From a virus (Duplodnaviria > Caudoviricetes): a stretch of 53,693 nucleotides of DNA. The notes beneath the pieces were generated by a model. That model was given only the letters and a program-made list of their open reading frames with translations, was not told where the DNA came from and made no database searches. Positions 9,113 through 18,623 of the stretch are shown here, piece by piece; position 1 is the first letter of the stretch; the number at the start of each line of letters is the position of its first letter. The stretch is taken from positions 1 through 53,693 of the IMG/VR virus record IMGVR_UViG_3300035682_001576, one strand, 5' to 3'. The translations under genes and the position numbers were made by a program.

Positions 9113-9646
9113 CTAATCTTTTATATTTCTATACTTTTGTAAATACTTATTTCTGTTTGAAAACTTTTTATTTCTACTACCCAATCCTTTGCTACCAAAT
9201 GTTTCTGTTTGAGTATGACAATTAGGACACAATAGTCTTAAATTATCTGGAAAATTATTATCACTATCTCCATCAATATGATCTAATTGTAGTGTTAGTG
9301 GTTTTTTATTCCATTCAGGACCCAAATTACATTCAGAACATTTTTCCTCGCGAGTTTCTTTCAGATATTTTTTTAAAGGTTTTACTTGATTATGAGTTAA
9401 TTCCCCACGTTCAATTTTTGGTATTGTTTCATTTACCCATTGATACTCACCCTGACATTTATTAGAACAATAAATATTTCGTTGATTCTTTTTTACAATA
9501 GATTCTTTTTTACAATGAATACAATCAAACATTTCTGATTTTGGCCAAACTCTGGAATTTGCGCAAGATCGTGAACAGAATTTTTTAATTCCCCATTTAC
9601 CTTGTTCATCAAATTCTATATTACATTTTGGACAATTTGTTGTCAT
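9113..9646 (-). CDS. HNH endonuclease with N-terminal zinc-ribbon repeats
   Basis: LQLDHIDGD..NN...NLRLLCPNCH; KFCSRSCANSR. Confidence 0.88.
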   Translation of the reverse strand: MTTNCPKCNIEFDEQGKWGIKKFCSRSCANSRVWPKSEMFDCIHCKKESIVKKNQRNIYCSNKCQGEYQWVNETIPKIERGELTHNQVKPLKKYLKETREEKCSECNLGPEWNKKPLTLQLDHIDGDSDNNFPDNLRLLCPNCHTQTETFGSKGLGSRNKKFSNRNKYLQKYRNIKD

Positions 9647-9658
9647 ATTTTTGTTAAA

Positions 9659-9734
9659 TGGTGGATCGTGTAGGGATCGAACCTACGACTTTTTCCGTGT
9701 AAGGGAAACGCTGCTACCGCTGAGCTAACGATCC
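9659..9734 (-). tRNA. tRNA-Val(UAC)
   Basis: Cloverleaf, loop CTTACAC, GTTCGATC T-loop, encoded CCA. Confidence 0.92.
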
Positions 9735-9739
9735 ATGTT

Positions 9740-9823
9740 TGGTGCGAGAGGAGGGATTTGAACCCTCAATCCCTAAGGCGGGAAATTTTAAGTCTCCAGT
9801 GTATACCGTTCCACCACTCTCGC
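9740..9823 (-). tRNA. tRNA-Leu(UAA)
   Basis: Loop CTTAAAA, long variable arm, CCA. Confidence 0.92.
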
Positions 9824-9831
9824 AATACTTT

Positions 9832-9972
9832 TTACTGCCGATCACCTGCATTACAAGTGACATTGTACATACTACCCTGATATAATGTTTTCTGCCAACA
9901 AACTTGACCACGTGGGCCCATTACACAGCCAGATAACATTACTATTAATATAACTAATAGTGCTGATTTCAT
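9832..9972 (-). CDS. Small lipoprotein (46 aa, not in ORF track)
   Basis: MKSALLVILIVMLSGC-VMGPRGQVCWQKTLYQGSMYNVTCNAGDRQ: basic N-terminus, hydrophobic core, LSGC lipobox. Confidence 0.7.
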   Translation of the reverse strand: MKSALLVILIVMLSGCVMGPRGQVCWQKTLYQGSMYNVTCNAGDRQ

Positions 9973-10008
9973 ATTAATTTATCTCAATTAAAACAACACA
10001 CAGAATTT

Positions 10009-10083
10009 TGGTCCGGCGTAGAGGAATCGAACCTCTATTAATAGCTTAGAAGGCTACTGTTCTATCCGTTGAACTAACGCCAG
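10009..10083 (-). tRNA. tRNA-Arg(UCU)
   Basis: Loop CTTCTAA, CCA. Confidence 0.9.
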
Positions 10084-10086
10084 TTT

Positions 10087-10162
10087 TGGTGCCTCCGGAG
10101 GGATTTGAACCCCCGACCAAGCGATTATGAGTCGCCTGCTCTCACCACTGAGCTACAGAGGC
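10087..10162 (-). tRNA. tRNA-Ile2(CAU), lysidine type
   Basis: Anticodon arm GGCGACTCATAATCGCTTGGTC matches the enterobacterial ileX-type arm. Confidence 0.8.
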
Positions 10163-10240
10163 ATTTCTATCAATCTTTCATTCTAAGATACTATTATACA
10201 ACAATAATGATTTATTGTCAAATATCATTGATCCGAATTT

Positions 10241-10720
10241 TTATACTACACCAACCAAATGTAGTCTATGTTGATCACTACAATTTATAAATGTATGAGC
10301 TTTAGTTGTATCAACACGCCATACAAATCCTGTTTTTAAATTTGTAAGTCGTCCAGTACGAAAAAGAAAATAACATTCTGAATTGGTTATTAACGGAATA
10401 TGAATTCTAGAAGTTTCATCTTTATGTATACTATAACATGCATATGGTCCGACCCACATTAATCTAGTTCTAAGTAGTTTGTATTTGTCAATTAATTCTT
10501 CAAATATAGTATCTTTAAAAAATGGATTTAAATTAGTATATGAAAGTTCTTCACCATTACTTTTTCCAACTGCACTAGTCCATGGATCTTCATTATCTTT
10601 ATATTGTAATCCTGTTTGTTTACCTTTATGACCGTAATCGGTCCATTGTATACTAGATTCTAATAAATTGTATGCATCTAATACTAGTTGATAGTTTATT
10701 GTTTCTAAAATTGTTATCAT
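10241..10720 (-). CDS. AspH-like Fe(II)/2OG oxygenase
   Basis: HKD...RIHIPLITN...HTFIN...R.HLV. Confidence 0.75.
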   Translation of the reverse strand: MITILETINYQLVLDAYNLLESSIQWTDYGHKGKQTGLQYKDNEDPWTSAVGKSNGEELSYTNLNPFFKDTIFEELIDKYKLLRTRLMWVGPYACYSIHKDETSRIHIPLITNSECYFLFRTGRLTNLKTGFVWRVDTTKAHTFINCSDQHRLHLVGVV

Positions 10721-10799
10721 AATATTAGTCTCGTGACAGTTAGTTATTCATATGTATTTAACTCTATATATATTTATAAATATATTATGGAGAAATTAT

Positions 10800-11531
10800 A
10801 TGAAGTGGGCACCTAACAACATTCAACCGTTGGCAATAATATCACATCAACGTTCCGGTAGTACATGGATTTGTGATTCAATTAATCATTATAAATCATA
10901 TGATGAATTTTTTAATCCTAATATAAATCTAATATTAGATCATAATTTAAATATAATAACTAAAGAATTCAATGCTCATGTTAAATTTAAAGAAAAAATA
11001 ATTGAAGAAAGAATAAATTGGTATTATAATATACTTAAAATTCCAAAACTTCATGTTATTAAATTGCAAGCCAATCAACACATGTATTATAATAATGATA
11101 TTTATAATATAATTAAAAATTATCAAATTGTGTTTCTAAAAAGAAAATCTTTTTACGATATTTTCTGGAGTTTTTTAATATCACGACATTTTAATTCTTG
11201 GGATTCAATAACTGATAAACAAAAACTATCAAATAGTATATCAATAACATATGATGAGATAGTATATACTGATCAATTTATAAACTCATTTGAAGATAAT
11301 TTTTGTACAATGCAAGATAAATTAGAAATTCAAAATCCTGAAATAATTTATTATGAAGATTTGGTTTCTTCAAATATATCTTGGATCACTAAAGATAGTA
11401 AATATGTCATTCAAAATAATAAACACAAATTAATTATTGAAAATAAAGAAGAAGTAATATTGTGGTGTCATAAATTATTTGATAAAAACAAATCAATTGG
11501 TTTAATTAATTCATTGAATATCTCAAACTGA
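10800..11531 (+). CDS. Sulfotransferase-like protein (Stf0-type fold)
   Basis: HQRSGSTW PAPS-loop-like motif, LKRK...S, YYEDL. Confidence 0.6.
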   Translation: MKWAPNNIQPLAIISHQRSGSTWICDSINHYKSYDEFFNPNINLILDHNLNIITKEFNAHVKFKEKIIEERINWYYNILKIPKLHVIKLQANQHMYYNNDIYNIIKNYQIVFLKRKSFYDIFWSFLISRHFNSWDSITDKQKLSNSISITYDEIVYTDQFINSFEDNFCTMQDKLEIQNPEIIYYEDLVSSNISWITKDSKYVIQNNKHKLIIENKEEVILWCHKLFDKNKSIGLINSLNISN

Positions 11532-12117
11532 TTCCTAACTTTTCACCGTTCATTTTAGATGTACAATGTATTTTTTTATTATTAAAGATTATCATACTTC
11601 CTGGCTCAAACAAATATGCAGTTCCTGATAACTCTAATAATCCATGTTTTGGATAATGAGATAGATATTGATTATATAAAGTTTCATCTATTGATTTTCC
11701 TGTTTTATTTGTTATAGGATACTCACGAGGATAACCTTTTACACCTATATTTGTTGAAAAATACATTACATTATGTTGCATACACCAAGTAACGCTATCT
11801 TGTTCCCACTCTTGATCAAATATAATTAAACTAGCCTGTGATCCAGTGTACATTAGTGGTATTACCACATTGATAGTATTGTTATGATATGTTTTATAAT
11901 CTGTATGTGGTAAATATGGAGCAGAGTGTTTATAAAAATTTCCACTTTTGTAAACTAGTTGTTTATCTAATATTCGTTCTATAATAGGAGTAAACAATTC
12001 AAGACTACTACCGGGTCCAGCCTTGTTCATTAAGGTTGTATCATACAAGATTCTACTATTATAATCATTGATGGAATCATTGATTATCTCTTGAGAGACT
12101 ACATTATGATATATCAT
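11506..12117 (-). CDS. Fe(II)/2OG oxygenase-like
   Basis: PHTD...G.MIIF....IH......K.GIS. Confidence 0.65.
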   Translation of the reverse strand: MIYHNVVSQEIINDSINDYNSRILYDTTLMNKAGPGSSLELFTPIIERILDKQLVYKSGNFYKHSAPYLPHTDYKTYHNNTINVVIPLMYTGSQASLIIFDQEWEQDSVTWCMQHNVMYFSTNIGVKGYPREYPITNKTGKSIDETLYNQYLSHYPKHGLLELSGTAYLFEPGSMIIFNNKKIHCTSKMNGEKLGISLRYSMN

Positions 12118-12833
12118 ATTATATTATGTAACATTTTTGAAATTATTTCTGCTAGATTTTGATGAGATTTTTCTCCCATATGTCTACCGTCAGATCCAAA
12201 ATCTATATTTTCAATACTACTAGCATTTGGAAAAATTTTATTAAAATCACCGTATTTAAATTCAGTGAAATTTATTTTGTGTAAATTTAAAAACTCAATA
12301 AGTTCTAGTCTAGAATTAATACTTAGTTGACTGAATTTATCTATATTACTAAGATAAATTGATTGAAATTCATACTCTTTTTTCCATAAATTATGTCTAA
12401 AATTTTTGTCAATTGTCCATGGACCTAGATGATATAATTCTTGATCTTTTATATAATACATTCTAGAATCTGGACAACTCCATTGTACTATAACATGTTT
12501 TGGTTTAATACGAAAGTTGAGAATCCATTCTTGAATATTTTTACTAATAAAATCACACCCACTGCCACCAATACTAATATTATATACTGGCATTTCTAAT
12601 AAATCTTGTAATATACTACTATATGTTTTCTCAAGAGACACAGATTCCCCTTGACTTTGACTGCATCCACACACTAACACGTAATCGGAAGTAATAGATT
12701 CTGTTGAAATGGTTCTATGATATTCGCTGTTCATTTCTGAACGATGAATTCCATTGAAACTCTCTATCTTTTCATATCTAGAGTCTCCGTAGCAATAGTT
12801 ATATTTTTTACTACCCATTATTTTTGTTATCAT
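12114..12833 (-). CDS. SGNH/GDSL-like hypothetical protein
   Basis: GCSQSQGE, NISIGGSG, QWS...R, DGRHMG. Confidence 0.6.
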   Translation of the reverse strand: MITKIMGSKKYNYCYGDSRYEKIESFNGIHRSEMNSEYHRTISTESITSDYVLVCGCSQSQGESVSLEKTYSSILQDLLEMPVYNISIGGSGCDFISKNIQEWILNFRIKPKHVIVQWSCPDSRMYYIKDQELYHLGPWTIDKNFRHNLWKKEYEFQSIYLSNIDKFSQLSINSRLELIEFLNLHKINFTEFKYGDFNKIFPNASSIENIDFGSDGRHMGEKSHQNLAEIISKMLHNII

Positions 12834-13306
12834 ATTTTTTGATCCTGACAATATTTTTTTACAGTGTCGTAATCATAATTGTTAAATCCCATACTTAATA
12901 GATATCTAACATTGTTACCATTTCTAACCGCATGTTTCTTACGTGTGTTTAATAAGTAATATCTGTCTGATTCATACTTTAACTCAGTAACATTTTCAAT
13001 GACTTCTTCGTTATCAGTCTGATCACCATAATAGCAATTACTATCTAGTCCAGTTAGTAACAAATTAATAGCACATTGTCTACGTTCATCAGTATGAAAT
13101 CTATAAAATGTATTTGGATTCATTTTAAAAACAATAGCACTCCCATTAAATTTAAATTTAATTTTTAATAATGTTGTATCTAATAAATTGTTGGGAATTT
13201 TAAGTATGTCAAATCCGTTACTAGAAAACCATTGATCACTAGACTCAACATAATTGAGTATATTTGATTTAACTGTACTAACAGTGTTTAATGGATAGTA
13301 ATTCAT
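12830..13306 (-). CDS. Fe(II)/2OG oxygenase-like (DSBH fold)
   Basis: FHTD...INLLL...HAVRN....R.LLS. Confidence 0.65.
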   Translation of the reverse strand: MNYYPLNTVSTVKSNILNYVESSDQWFSSNGFDILKIPNNLLDTTLLKIKFKFNGSAIVFKMNPNTFYRFHTDERRQCAINLLLTGLDSNCYYGDQTDNEEVIENVTELKYESDRYYLLNTRKKHAVRNGNNVRYLLSMGFNNYDYDTVKKYCQDQKI

Positions 13307-13866
13307 TCTATAATATGATTAAAATATTCTTTGGGATTAAAAGTATTTACATCTTCTGGATCAAAGCATAAACTTATAATTGTTCTGAACTGTCCTTCTT
13401 GTTGTCCTTTAACTCCATGCCATGCTGGATTTACATGTATCAAATGCCATCTTTTTTCTTCAATTTGATGTTCTTCTATTACTGTAATTTTATCATCCAA
13501 GTACCAACTAGTAATAGGTTTAGAACCACCTAGTGTTAAGATATAATTAAAAGCATATTTTCGTGCATAATCTATATGTATAGGATGTACTCCTTTTCCT
13601 TGACTATGCTCAATATATTTGTTAATATGTAACATCATTTTATTTATTAATTCTGGATGTTGAGATTCTGGATCTATAATAGGTATAATATTTTTTATAA
13701 TCCAATTTTTAACTATAGGTGGCAAATAAGTTAAACTATGACTAATTCCTTCTTTTTTGTTTAATTCTAATAGTCTATTATCAGTCCAACTTAATGGAAT
13801 TAAGTTCAAACATCGTTGTTCAAATTCCACAGGTAGATTTGGCAAGTTTACATAAGTGAAATTCAT
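13303..13866 (-). CDS. Fe(II)/2OG oxygenase-like
   Basis: IHID...FNYI...WHGV......R.IIS. Confidence 0.6.
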   Translation of the reverse strand: MNFTYVNLPNLPVEFEQRCLNLIPLSWTDNRLLELNKKEGISHSLTYLPPIVKNWIIKNIIPIIDPESQHPELINKMMLHINKYIEHSQGKGVHPIHIDYARKYAFNYILTLGGSKPITSWYLDDKITVIEEHQIEEKRWHLIHVNPAWHGVKGQQEGQFRTIISLCFDPEDVNTFNPKEYFNHIIE

Positions 13867-14387
13867 GATAATATATTATTCAATCTTTCAAAGTTATTAT
13901 CTAAAAATCTAATACTAATACAATGTCTTGGATTAATATCGTTATTGACAATTCTATGTGGAATATCTACTCTAACTAAAAAAGCATCTTTGGAGTTATG
14001 TTTTGATAAAAATTTACATTCGGACTCTTTTAATTTCATATAAGATGTAGTTCCTGAAGAAACAAATTTGTCTAATTCAGTATTATTCAGTCTAGTAAAC
14101 CATTCCATTTCCCATTTTGTATTATTATTTATTACTAAATTAACCGCTCCTATGCCATTACTACTGTCATGACCATCAATATGTATTTGAAACTTCTGCA
14201 TAGGATTAGATGAGAATAACTGAACTTCTCTAACCTCACAATTTAATGATTGTAATAAGTTTAATGTTTCGTTAGATAATACTTGATCAGGAGAATATCT
14301 TTGTATTCTGTATTTTTCTACAAGTTCTGATATTTTAAACTTAGAACTCAAAGATATAGGTAAACTTAATGGTTTGAATACTAACAT
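13863..14387 (-). CDS. Fe(II)/2OG oxygenase-like
   Basis: IHID...NLV...PHRIVN....R.CISIRF. Confidence 0.65.
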   Translation of the reverse strand: MLVFKPLSLPISLSSKFKISELVEKYRIQRYSPDQVLSNETLNLLQSLNCEVREVQLFSSNPMQKFQIHIDGHDSSNGIGAVNLVINNNTKWEMEWFTRLNNTELDKFVSSGTTSYMKLKESECKFLSKHNSKDAFLVRVDIPHRIVNNDINPRHCISIRFLDNNFERLNNILS

Positions 14388-14392
14388 TAATA

Positions 14393-15409
14393 TTACACCC
14401 AAGAAAATAACTTTTGTGACAATCCAACAGTATTCCAACGAATATCACTTTTTATTGCCCATGTTCTAAATACAGATAAAAATGCATCTGAATTTGCACC
14501 AGTAGAAAACGGTATAGATTGCCAATTATCAGTACATTCTATTATTCGTTGTGGGAATTTTAACATATTACAATGATCTGGATATACAATAGGAAAACCA
14601 TTAAATGAATATTTTTTACTCCAATATTCGTTTGCTGTATGATAGTTTTGAAATGTAAATGGAGTTATAGAATAGTTGATAGACAAGTTAGTATGTTGTG
14701 TCAATACTGTTATATTATTCAATAGTTCTGTCCAACTTGCACCTCTTCTGAACCATTCGTAAGTATCTTCAAATCCATCAACACTCACACTACATTTAAT
14801 TTCGCGCCATCCTTCCCATAAGTCAATACGAGGTTTGACTAATCCGTTTGTGATGTACTGTATTTCACAATGACTACGATCAACATGTTTTAATCTATCA
14901 AGTAGTTTCCAATGATCTGGGTCTAAGAACGGTTCTCCACCACTAAATTTAAGTACAGTGATATTTGGTAATAATTCTATTAGTTCTTCAACAAATTTAT
15001 TAGTAATTTCAAATGCTACTTTAACATGTGGAGTTATATTTAATACTTTTGCCCAAGTACTACTACGATCAGGCCCACAATGAGCACATGCCAATTGACA
15101 TTTGTTGCTCATTTTAAATTGTAGAACTTTTAATTCTCTAGTATCACTAATAAACTTAGTTGACGTTCGCATACTAGGTTGATTGTTAACTTCAAGTTGT
15201 TCGCATCTACCACAATAATTTTTAGTTTTTTCAGAATATCCGTCTATGAGATTATTTCGCAAATCTAATAGACGATGATGATTAAAAGCATTTTTAATAC
15301 CATCATCTATAGAAATAATTTTGGCCAGATCAGATGTTTCTAAACAGCAAGGACGTGTCCATCCGTCTGTTTCAATACTCATCATATTTTCTACCCATGC
15401 ACACTTCAT
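14393..15409 (-). CDS. Radical SAM protein with N-terminal SPASM/twitch-like Cys cluster
   Basis: CQLACAHC (CxxxCxxC), GGEP, N-terminal C...G..RPCC...C..C. Confidence 0.88.
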   Translation of the reverse strand: MKCAWVENMMSIETDGWTRPCCLETSDLAKIISIDDGIKNAFNHHRLLDLRNNLIDGYSEKTKNYCGRCEQLEVNNQPSMRTSTKFISDTRELKVLQFKMSNKCQLACAHCGPDRSSTWAKVLNITPHVKVAFEITNKFVEELIELLPNITVLKFSGGEPFLDPDHWKLLDRLKHVDRSHCEIQYITNGLVKPRIDLWEGWREIKCSVSVDGFEDTYEWFRRGASWTELLNNITVLTQHTNLSINYSITPFTFQNYHTANEYWSKKYSFNGFPIVYPDHCNMLKFPQRIIECTDNWQSIPFSTGANSDAFLSVFRTWAIKSDIRWNTVGLSQKLFSWV

Positions 15410-15490
15410 ATCAGATTTCTCTCAGTAATATTCATTTTCTAGTGATATTTATCTATTTTTAGATTAGAATATTATGATATAATCATTGAT

Positions 15491-16063
15491 TTAAATCAAA
15501 CCTTCATCTGTCAATACTTTGACTGTTTCATCAGCCAATGGAATTTCTGTTTTGATATTCAATTCCAGAATCTCATCATTGAGTTTCTGTTTTTCTTTTT
15601 TCAAATACAAAATTTCACTTTTGATCTTACTCAATCGTAATGATGTAATCACTGAGGTTTGTACTGTGTCTGGATTACCATAGATATTTCTACGTTGACT
15701 TTGATCACCTTCTTTGATTTTTGCCAAACGACCATTGATAACATCAATACTATCTACTGGTGATAAACTAGCAAATTCTGACAATTGAACGATACGTTTG
15801 TCAATAAATGCGGCTTTAGACAATGCCAAATCAACCCCACTAGCACTATTAGCTGCACCAACCAATCCACGAATGTTATATAATGATAACAATAATAGAT
15901 TACGGCGCTGATCATTTTCCCACAATGTTTCACTAGCCTGATTCAACATTGTTTCAGCGTCTTGAAACTCATTCAATTGAATTGAAGTTTCAATTTTAAT
16001 TTCACGAATTGCCTCCAAAATACGATTCTGAATAGCACTTGCCTTACGTAATGAAATGTTCAT
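15491..16063 (-). CDS. Coiled-coil hypothetical protein
   Basis: Likely start MNISLRKAS after an AAGGA SD. Confidence 0.75.
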   Translation of the reverse strand: MNISLRKASAIQNRILEAIREIKIETSIQLNEFQDAETMLNQASETLWENDQRRNLLLLSLYNIRGLVGAANSASGVDLALSKAAFIDKRIVQLSEFASLSPVDSIDVINGRLAKIKEGDQSQRRNIYGNPDTVQTSVITSLRLSKIKSEILYLKKEKQKLNDEILELNIKTEIPLADETVKVLTDEGLI

Positions 16064-16369
16064 ATTATTCCTTGATTTTAATTTAAAATGATTAACGAGT
16101 AATAAAAGGTCAAGTAATAGACCGGACAATAAACAATAGAAGATGTACATAGACTATCTTCAATACAATTGTCAAAATACAAATAAGCAGAAGACTTTAT
16201 ATTCATGATCAGCAATATACAAAATGTTTTGGATCACAACACAAAGTACGAATTATCAAGATGTGTCGTTAATTAGTCTTGCGACCAAGTAACTATCAAT
16301 CTACTCTCATCTACCTTTTACTTACACGGTTGATTGATAACATTTTAAGTTATCTTATCAACAAAACTT

Positions 16370-16450
16370 TGGCTCCGCGATTAGGAATCGAACCTAACTA
16401 GCTTTCGCACAGATTAACAGTCTGCTGCCACACCTTGCGGCTCTCACGGA
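16370..16450 (-). tRNA. tRNA-Asn(GUU) with enlarged variable loop
   Basis: Loop CTGTTAA, variable region GCGAAAGCTAG, GCCA end. Confidence 0.8.
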
Positions 16451-16451
16451 A

Positions 16452-16988
16452 TTAAACTTTTACTACATCTTGCCATCTTACGACTAAACTTCTATCGTAA
16501 TTCTGCGTTCTATTCTTTCTTCTATTTTCCATTGCTGGAAGATATTGTAAATTGTCTTCGTGATGTTTACCACCCTCGCTAATAGCTATAACGTGATCAA
16601 CTTCATACCCTGTCGGACAACTTTCGTAAATCATTCTGATCAATTTTCTATCAGCATCGTGTGGTGTTGCGTCATACTTTCTTGATCTGTATGCCTGAAC
16701 TCCTTCGACTCGTTTCGCCTTTAGTTCTTGATCAGTATATTCTTTTCTGCCAACTTTATCATAATATTCTATGCTTCGTTGACGTTTTATTTCTTTCTGT
16801 TCATCTGTATGTTTCCATCCAGATACTCCTAGTTGTGGATGTCCATGCTCTTCATGATGAAGAGCGACTTTCTTGGAACGACTTTCATTTTGTTCCTTAG
16901 TCCACGTTCTGGAATTTCCGCATTTTTTAGAGCAGAATTTTCCGTTCATCGTGTGTTCAACATTACATTTTGGACAAACTTTTATCAT
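16452..16988 (-). CDS. HNH endonuclease
   Basis: YEVDHVIA...GG.HH..NLQYL...ENRRK; paralog of 32807..33313. Confidence 0.85.
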   Translation of the reverse strand: MIKVCPKCNVEHTMNGKFCSKKCGNSRTWTKEQNESRSKKVALHHEEHGHPQLGVSGWKHTDEQKEIKRQRSIEYYDKVGRKEYTDQELKAKRVEGVQAYRSRKYDATPHDADRKLIRMIYESCPTGYEVDHVIAISEGGKHHEDNLQYLPAMENRRKNRTQNYDRSLVVRWQDVVKV

Positions 16989-16997
16989 TTATATTTT

Positions 16998-17071
16998 TGG
17001 TGCCCCCACACAGAATCGAACTGCAAACTGCGGATTACAAAACCACCGTTATACCATTTAACTATGGGGGC
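16998..17071 (-). tRNA. tRNA-Thr(UGU)
   Basis: Loop TTTGTAA, acceptor GCCCCCA/TGGGGGC, CCA. Confidence 0.85.
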
Positions 17072-17078
17072 AAAACTT

Positions 17079-17285
17079 TTATTCGGTTACTTCAGTACTA
17101 ACAACTTTTTCAACATAGTCTTTACGACTAGTTACAATACGAATCTGATTAAGAATCTTTGCCTTAATTTTCTTCTTACCTTCTTTCTCAACCATAGTAG
17201 TAAGTTGACTTACTGTTAATCCACCTAAACGTGGTTTACCAGTTTTGGTTTTGTTTGGATCTCGTTTTTGATTACGTTGTGCCAT
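17079..17285 (-). CDS. Small basic hypothetical protein
   Basis: ORF track, AGGAG SD. Confidence 0.65.
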   Translation of the reverse strand: MAQRNQKRDPNKTKTGKPRLGGLTVSQLTTMVEKEGKKKIKAKILNQIRIVTSRKDYVEKVVSTEVTE

Positions 17286-17286
17286 T

Positions 17287-17442
17287 TTACTTCTCCTGAG
17301 ATAATTCGTTAGTAACTCGTTGTGGTATAGTTTCGTCAGTAAGAGGCAACGTTAATTCAGACAATGTTTTGCTCAACTCTGATCTTTTTTTTCTTATTTC
17401 TTCGTCTCTTCTTAATAGTTCTAATGGTGTTGGATTGCCCAT
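17287..17442 (-). CDS. Hypothetical protein
   Basis: ORF track, likely start MGNPTP. Confidence 0.55.
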   Translation of the reverse strand: MGNPTPLELLRRDEEIRKKRSELSKTLSELTLPLTDETIPQRVTNELSQEK

Positions 17443-17452
17443 TTTACTTCCT

Positions 17453-17710
17453 TTAAATAAGTCCTGATAAAACTCGCCAATGAGCATTGGCAAAATCTAA
17501 AATATCAGTGGCTAAAATTTCACCACTATTCCAATCCCATAATTCTAGTATTTCATCGTCTGTTAAATTTTTAACTGTTGGATTTAAACTTGCATTATCT
17601 TGTAATACTAAACTGGCAAACTTTCTAGCAATTTCCCACGATTTTTCATCAGTGGATCCACCTGCCTCAATCATTAATTGTTTTAAACGATCTTCAGTTA
17701 TTACAGCCAT
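17453..17710 (-). CDS. Hypothetical protein
   Basis: Likely start MAVITED; the longer ORF-track version overlaps tRNA-Gly. Confidence 0.6.
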   Translation of the reverse strand: MAVITEDRLKQLMIEAGGSTDEKSWEIARKFASLVLQDNASLNPTVKNLTDDEILELWDWNSGEILATDILDFANAHWRVLSGLI

Positions 17711-17728
17711 TTTACTTCCTATAAAATT

Positions 17729-17802
17729 TGGAGCAGGGTAAGAGAATCGAACTCTCAGCATTAGCTTGGAAGGCTAAGGTATTACCACTATACGAACCCT
17801 GC
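17729..17802 (-). tRNA. tRNA-Gly(UCC)
   Basis: Loop CTTCCAA, TCCA end. Confidence 0.92.
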
Positions 17803-17850
17803 ATTTGTTACTACTATTTACTATCTATCATTATAGACTATAAAAAAACT

Positions 17851-17938
17851 TGGCGGGCAGTATTGGATTCGAACCAATGCACCCCTTTCGGAATGACAGA
17901 TTAGCAATCTGTTGCCTTAACCACTCGGCCAACTGCCC
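17851..17938 (-). tRNA. tRNA-Ser(GCU)
   Basis: Loop TTGCTAA, long variable arm, GCCA. Confidence 0.92.
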
Positions 17939-18004
17939 AACTTACTCTCTACTATTTAACTATTATACATTGACTCTGATTTAAAGTCAATGTATTTCGG
18001 ACGA

Positions 18005-18613
18005 CTACATTTCTCTTTTAAAATTGCCATTACGAAAACCAACAGTACCACCCTCATATTCAATTCTCATGATAACATCATCAAATGAAATTGGGGCATA
18101 TTCAGTTTGTTCTACACATACACAATGATAACGAGTATCAATCTCAGTACTATACAAGATTTCTCCTGTTCTGGCATCAACACCACGAGCCTTACGAACT
18201 CGTTTTTCATGTAAATGACCATGAATATTGGTACCAAATCTACCAAGACTATCTGGGTGAATAGGTATATGACTAAGAATCATACCATCCAGTATGTGAT
18301 AACCACGTACATCTCTAAAGTATTTGGAATAATCCTTTAACTTATAGATATCATGATTACCTCTAATCAATACTTTATCACCATTAAGTCTGGGCATAAC
18401 TGCATCTAATGCCTTTTTATTAATAACAATATCACCCAAAAAATAAACTTTATCTCGTGGGCTAACAGTGGCATTAAATCTTTCTATCAAATACTCATCC
18501 ATTTCTGCTGCATCTTCAAACGGTCTCAATTTAGTCACGCCATCTGCTCTGAAAAATTGGCAAATACCTGCGTGACTAAAATGAGGGTCTGAATATAAAA
18601 ATGCCGTGGGCAT
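18005..18613 (-). CDS. Calcineurin-like metallophosphoesterase
   Basis: SDPH, LGD, GNHD, SHIP, HGHLH motifs. Confidence 0.9.
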   Translation of the reverse strand: MPTAFLYSDPHFSHAGICQFFRADGVTKLRPFEDAAEMDEYLIERFNATVSPRDKVYFLGDIVINKKALDAVMPRLNGDKVLIRGNHDIYKLKDYSKYFRDVRGYHILDGMILSHIPIHPDSLGRFGTNIHGHLHEKRVRKARGVDARTGEILYSTEIDTRYHCVCVEQTEYAPISFDDVIMRIEYEGGTVGFRNGNFKREM

Positions 18614-18623
18614 AATTTTCTCC

